In this document: positions 63,683 through 64,000 of the stretch, in pieces
Layout: each line of letters begins with the position of its first letter
Position numbering within the stretch: the first letter of the stretch is position 1
Origin: Mobula hypostoma
Taxonomy: Eukaryota
Assembly: GCF_963921235.1 (NCBI RefSeq)
Contig: NC_086097.1
Coordinates: forward strand, 247,940,001-248,004,000
Direction: 5' to 3'
DNA: 64,000 nt
Program-made: the position numbers and the translations under genes
The notes under the pieces: model-generated
Databases searched by the model: none
What the model saw: only the letters and a program-made list of their open reading frames with translations
What the model was told of the DNA's origin: nothing

Positions 63683-64000
63683 GATTCACTACTTTCTGTA
63701 GTTTTTTTGTCTACTCCTGGGCATTGGTGCTTCCATACCAGGCTGTGATGCAGCCAGTTAGGATACTCTCCAATTTGCACCTGCAGACATTTGTCAAAGT
63801 TTTTGCCCAATCAACGCAAACTTCTAAGGAAGTAGAGGTCCTGCCGAGCCTTCTTTCCAATGACTCTTACTGTTTGTCCCAGGACATATCTTCTGATATG
63901 TTAATGCCAATGAATTTAAAACTACAGACCCTCTTCACCTCCATTCCTCTCATGAGGACTGGCTCATGGACCTCAGGCTTGTTCCTGATAGCTAGAGTTC

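Overview
This is eukaryotic, repeat-dense vertebrate genomic DNA. The repeat repertoire (CR1 and Rex1/Babar LINEs, V-domain/HE1-like SINEs, Penelope-like elements) points to a cartilaginous fish (shark or ray). The only host gene I can support is VPS41 (HOPS complex subunit) on the + strand: three phase-0 coding exons at 11977-12084, 16606-16683 and 40962-41036, separated by introns of 4.5 kb, 24.3 kb and more than 22.9 kb. Almost all six-frame ORFs are decayed transposon fragments or noise. The most notable hidden signal is a family of short Penelope-derived insertions. Each carries a minimal type I hammerhead-ribozyme motif (AGUC-CUGANGA-A-GGGUCUCGGCCC-GAAA-CGUC-GACU), and several are fold-back palindromes flanked by 13-15 bp target-site duplications. 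Other structure includes multi-layer nested insertions, three or four solo LTRs, a composite hAT element, a mariner-derived MITE, a Tigger-like remnant, a 47-bp minisatellite abutting a VPS41 splice acceptor, a diverged ~480-bp tandem duplication and candidate cryptic exons. All calls are by eye, without database searches; repeat boundaries are approximate unless TSDs or TIRs are quoted.
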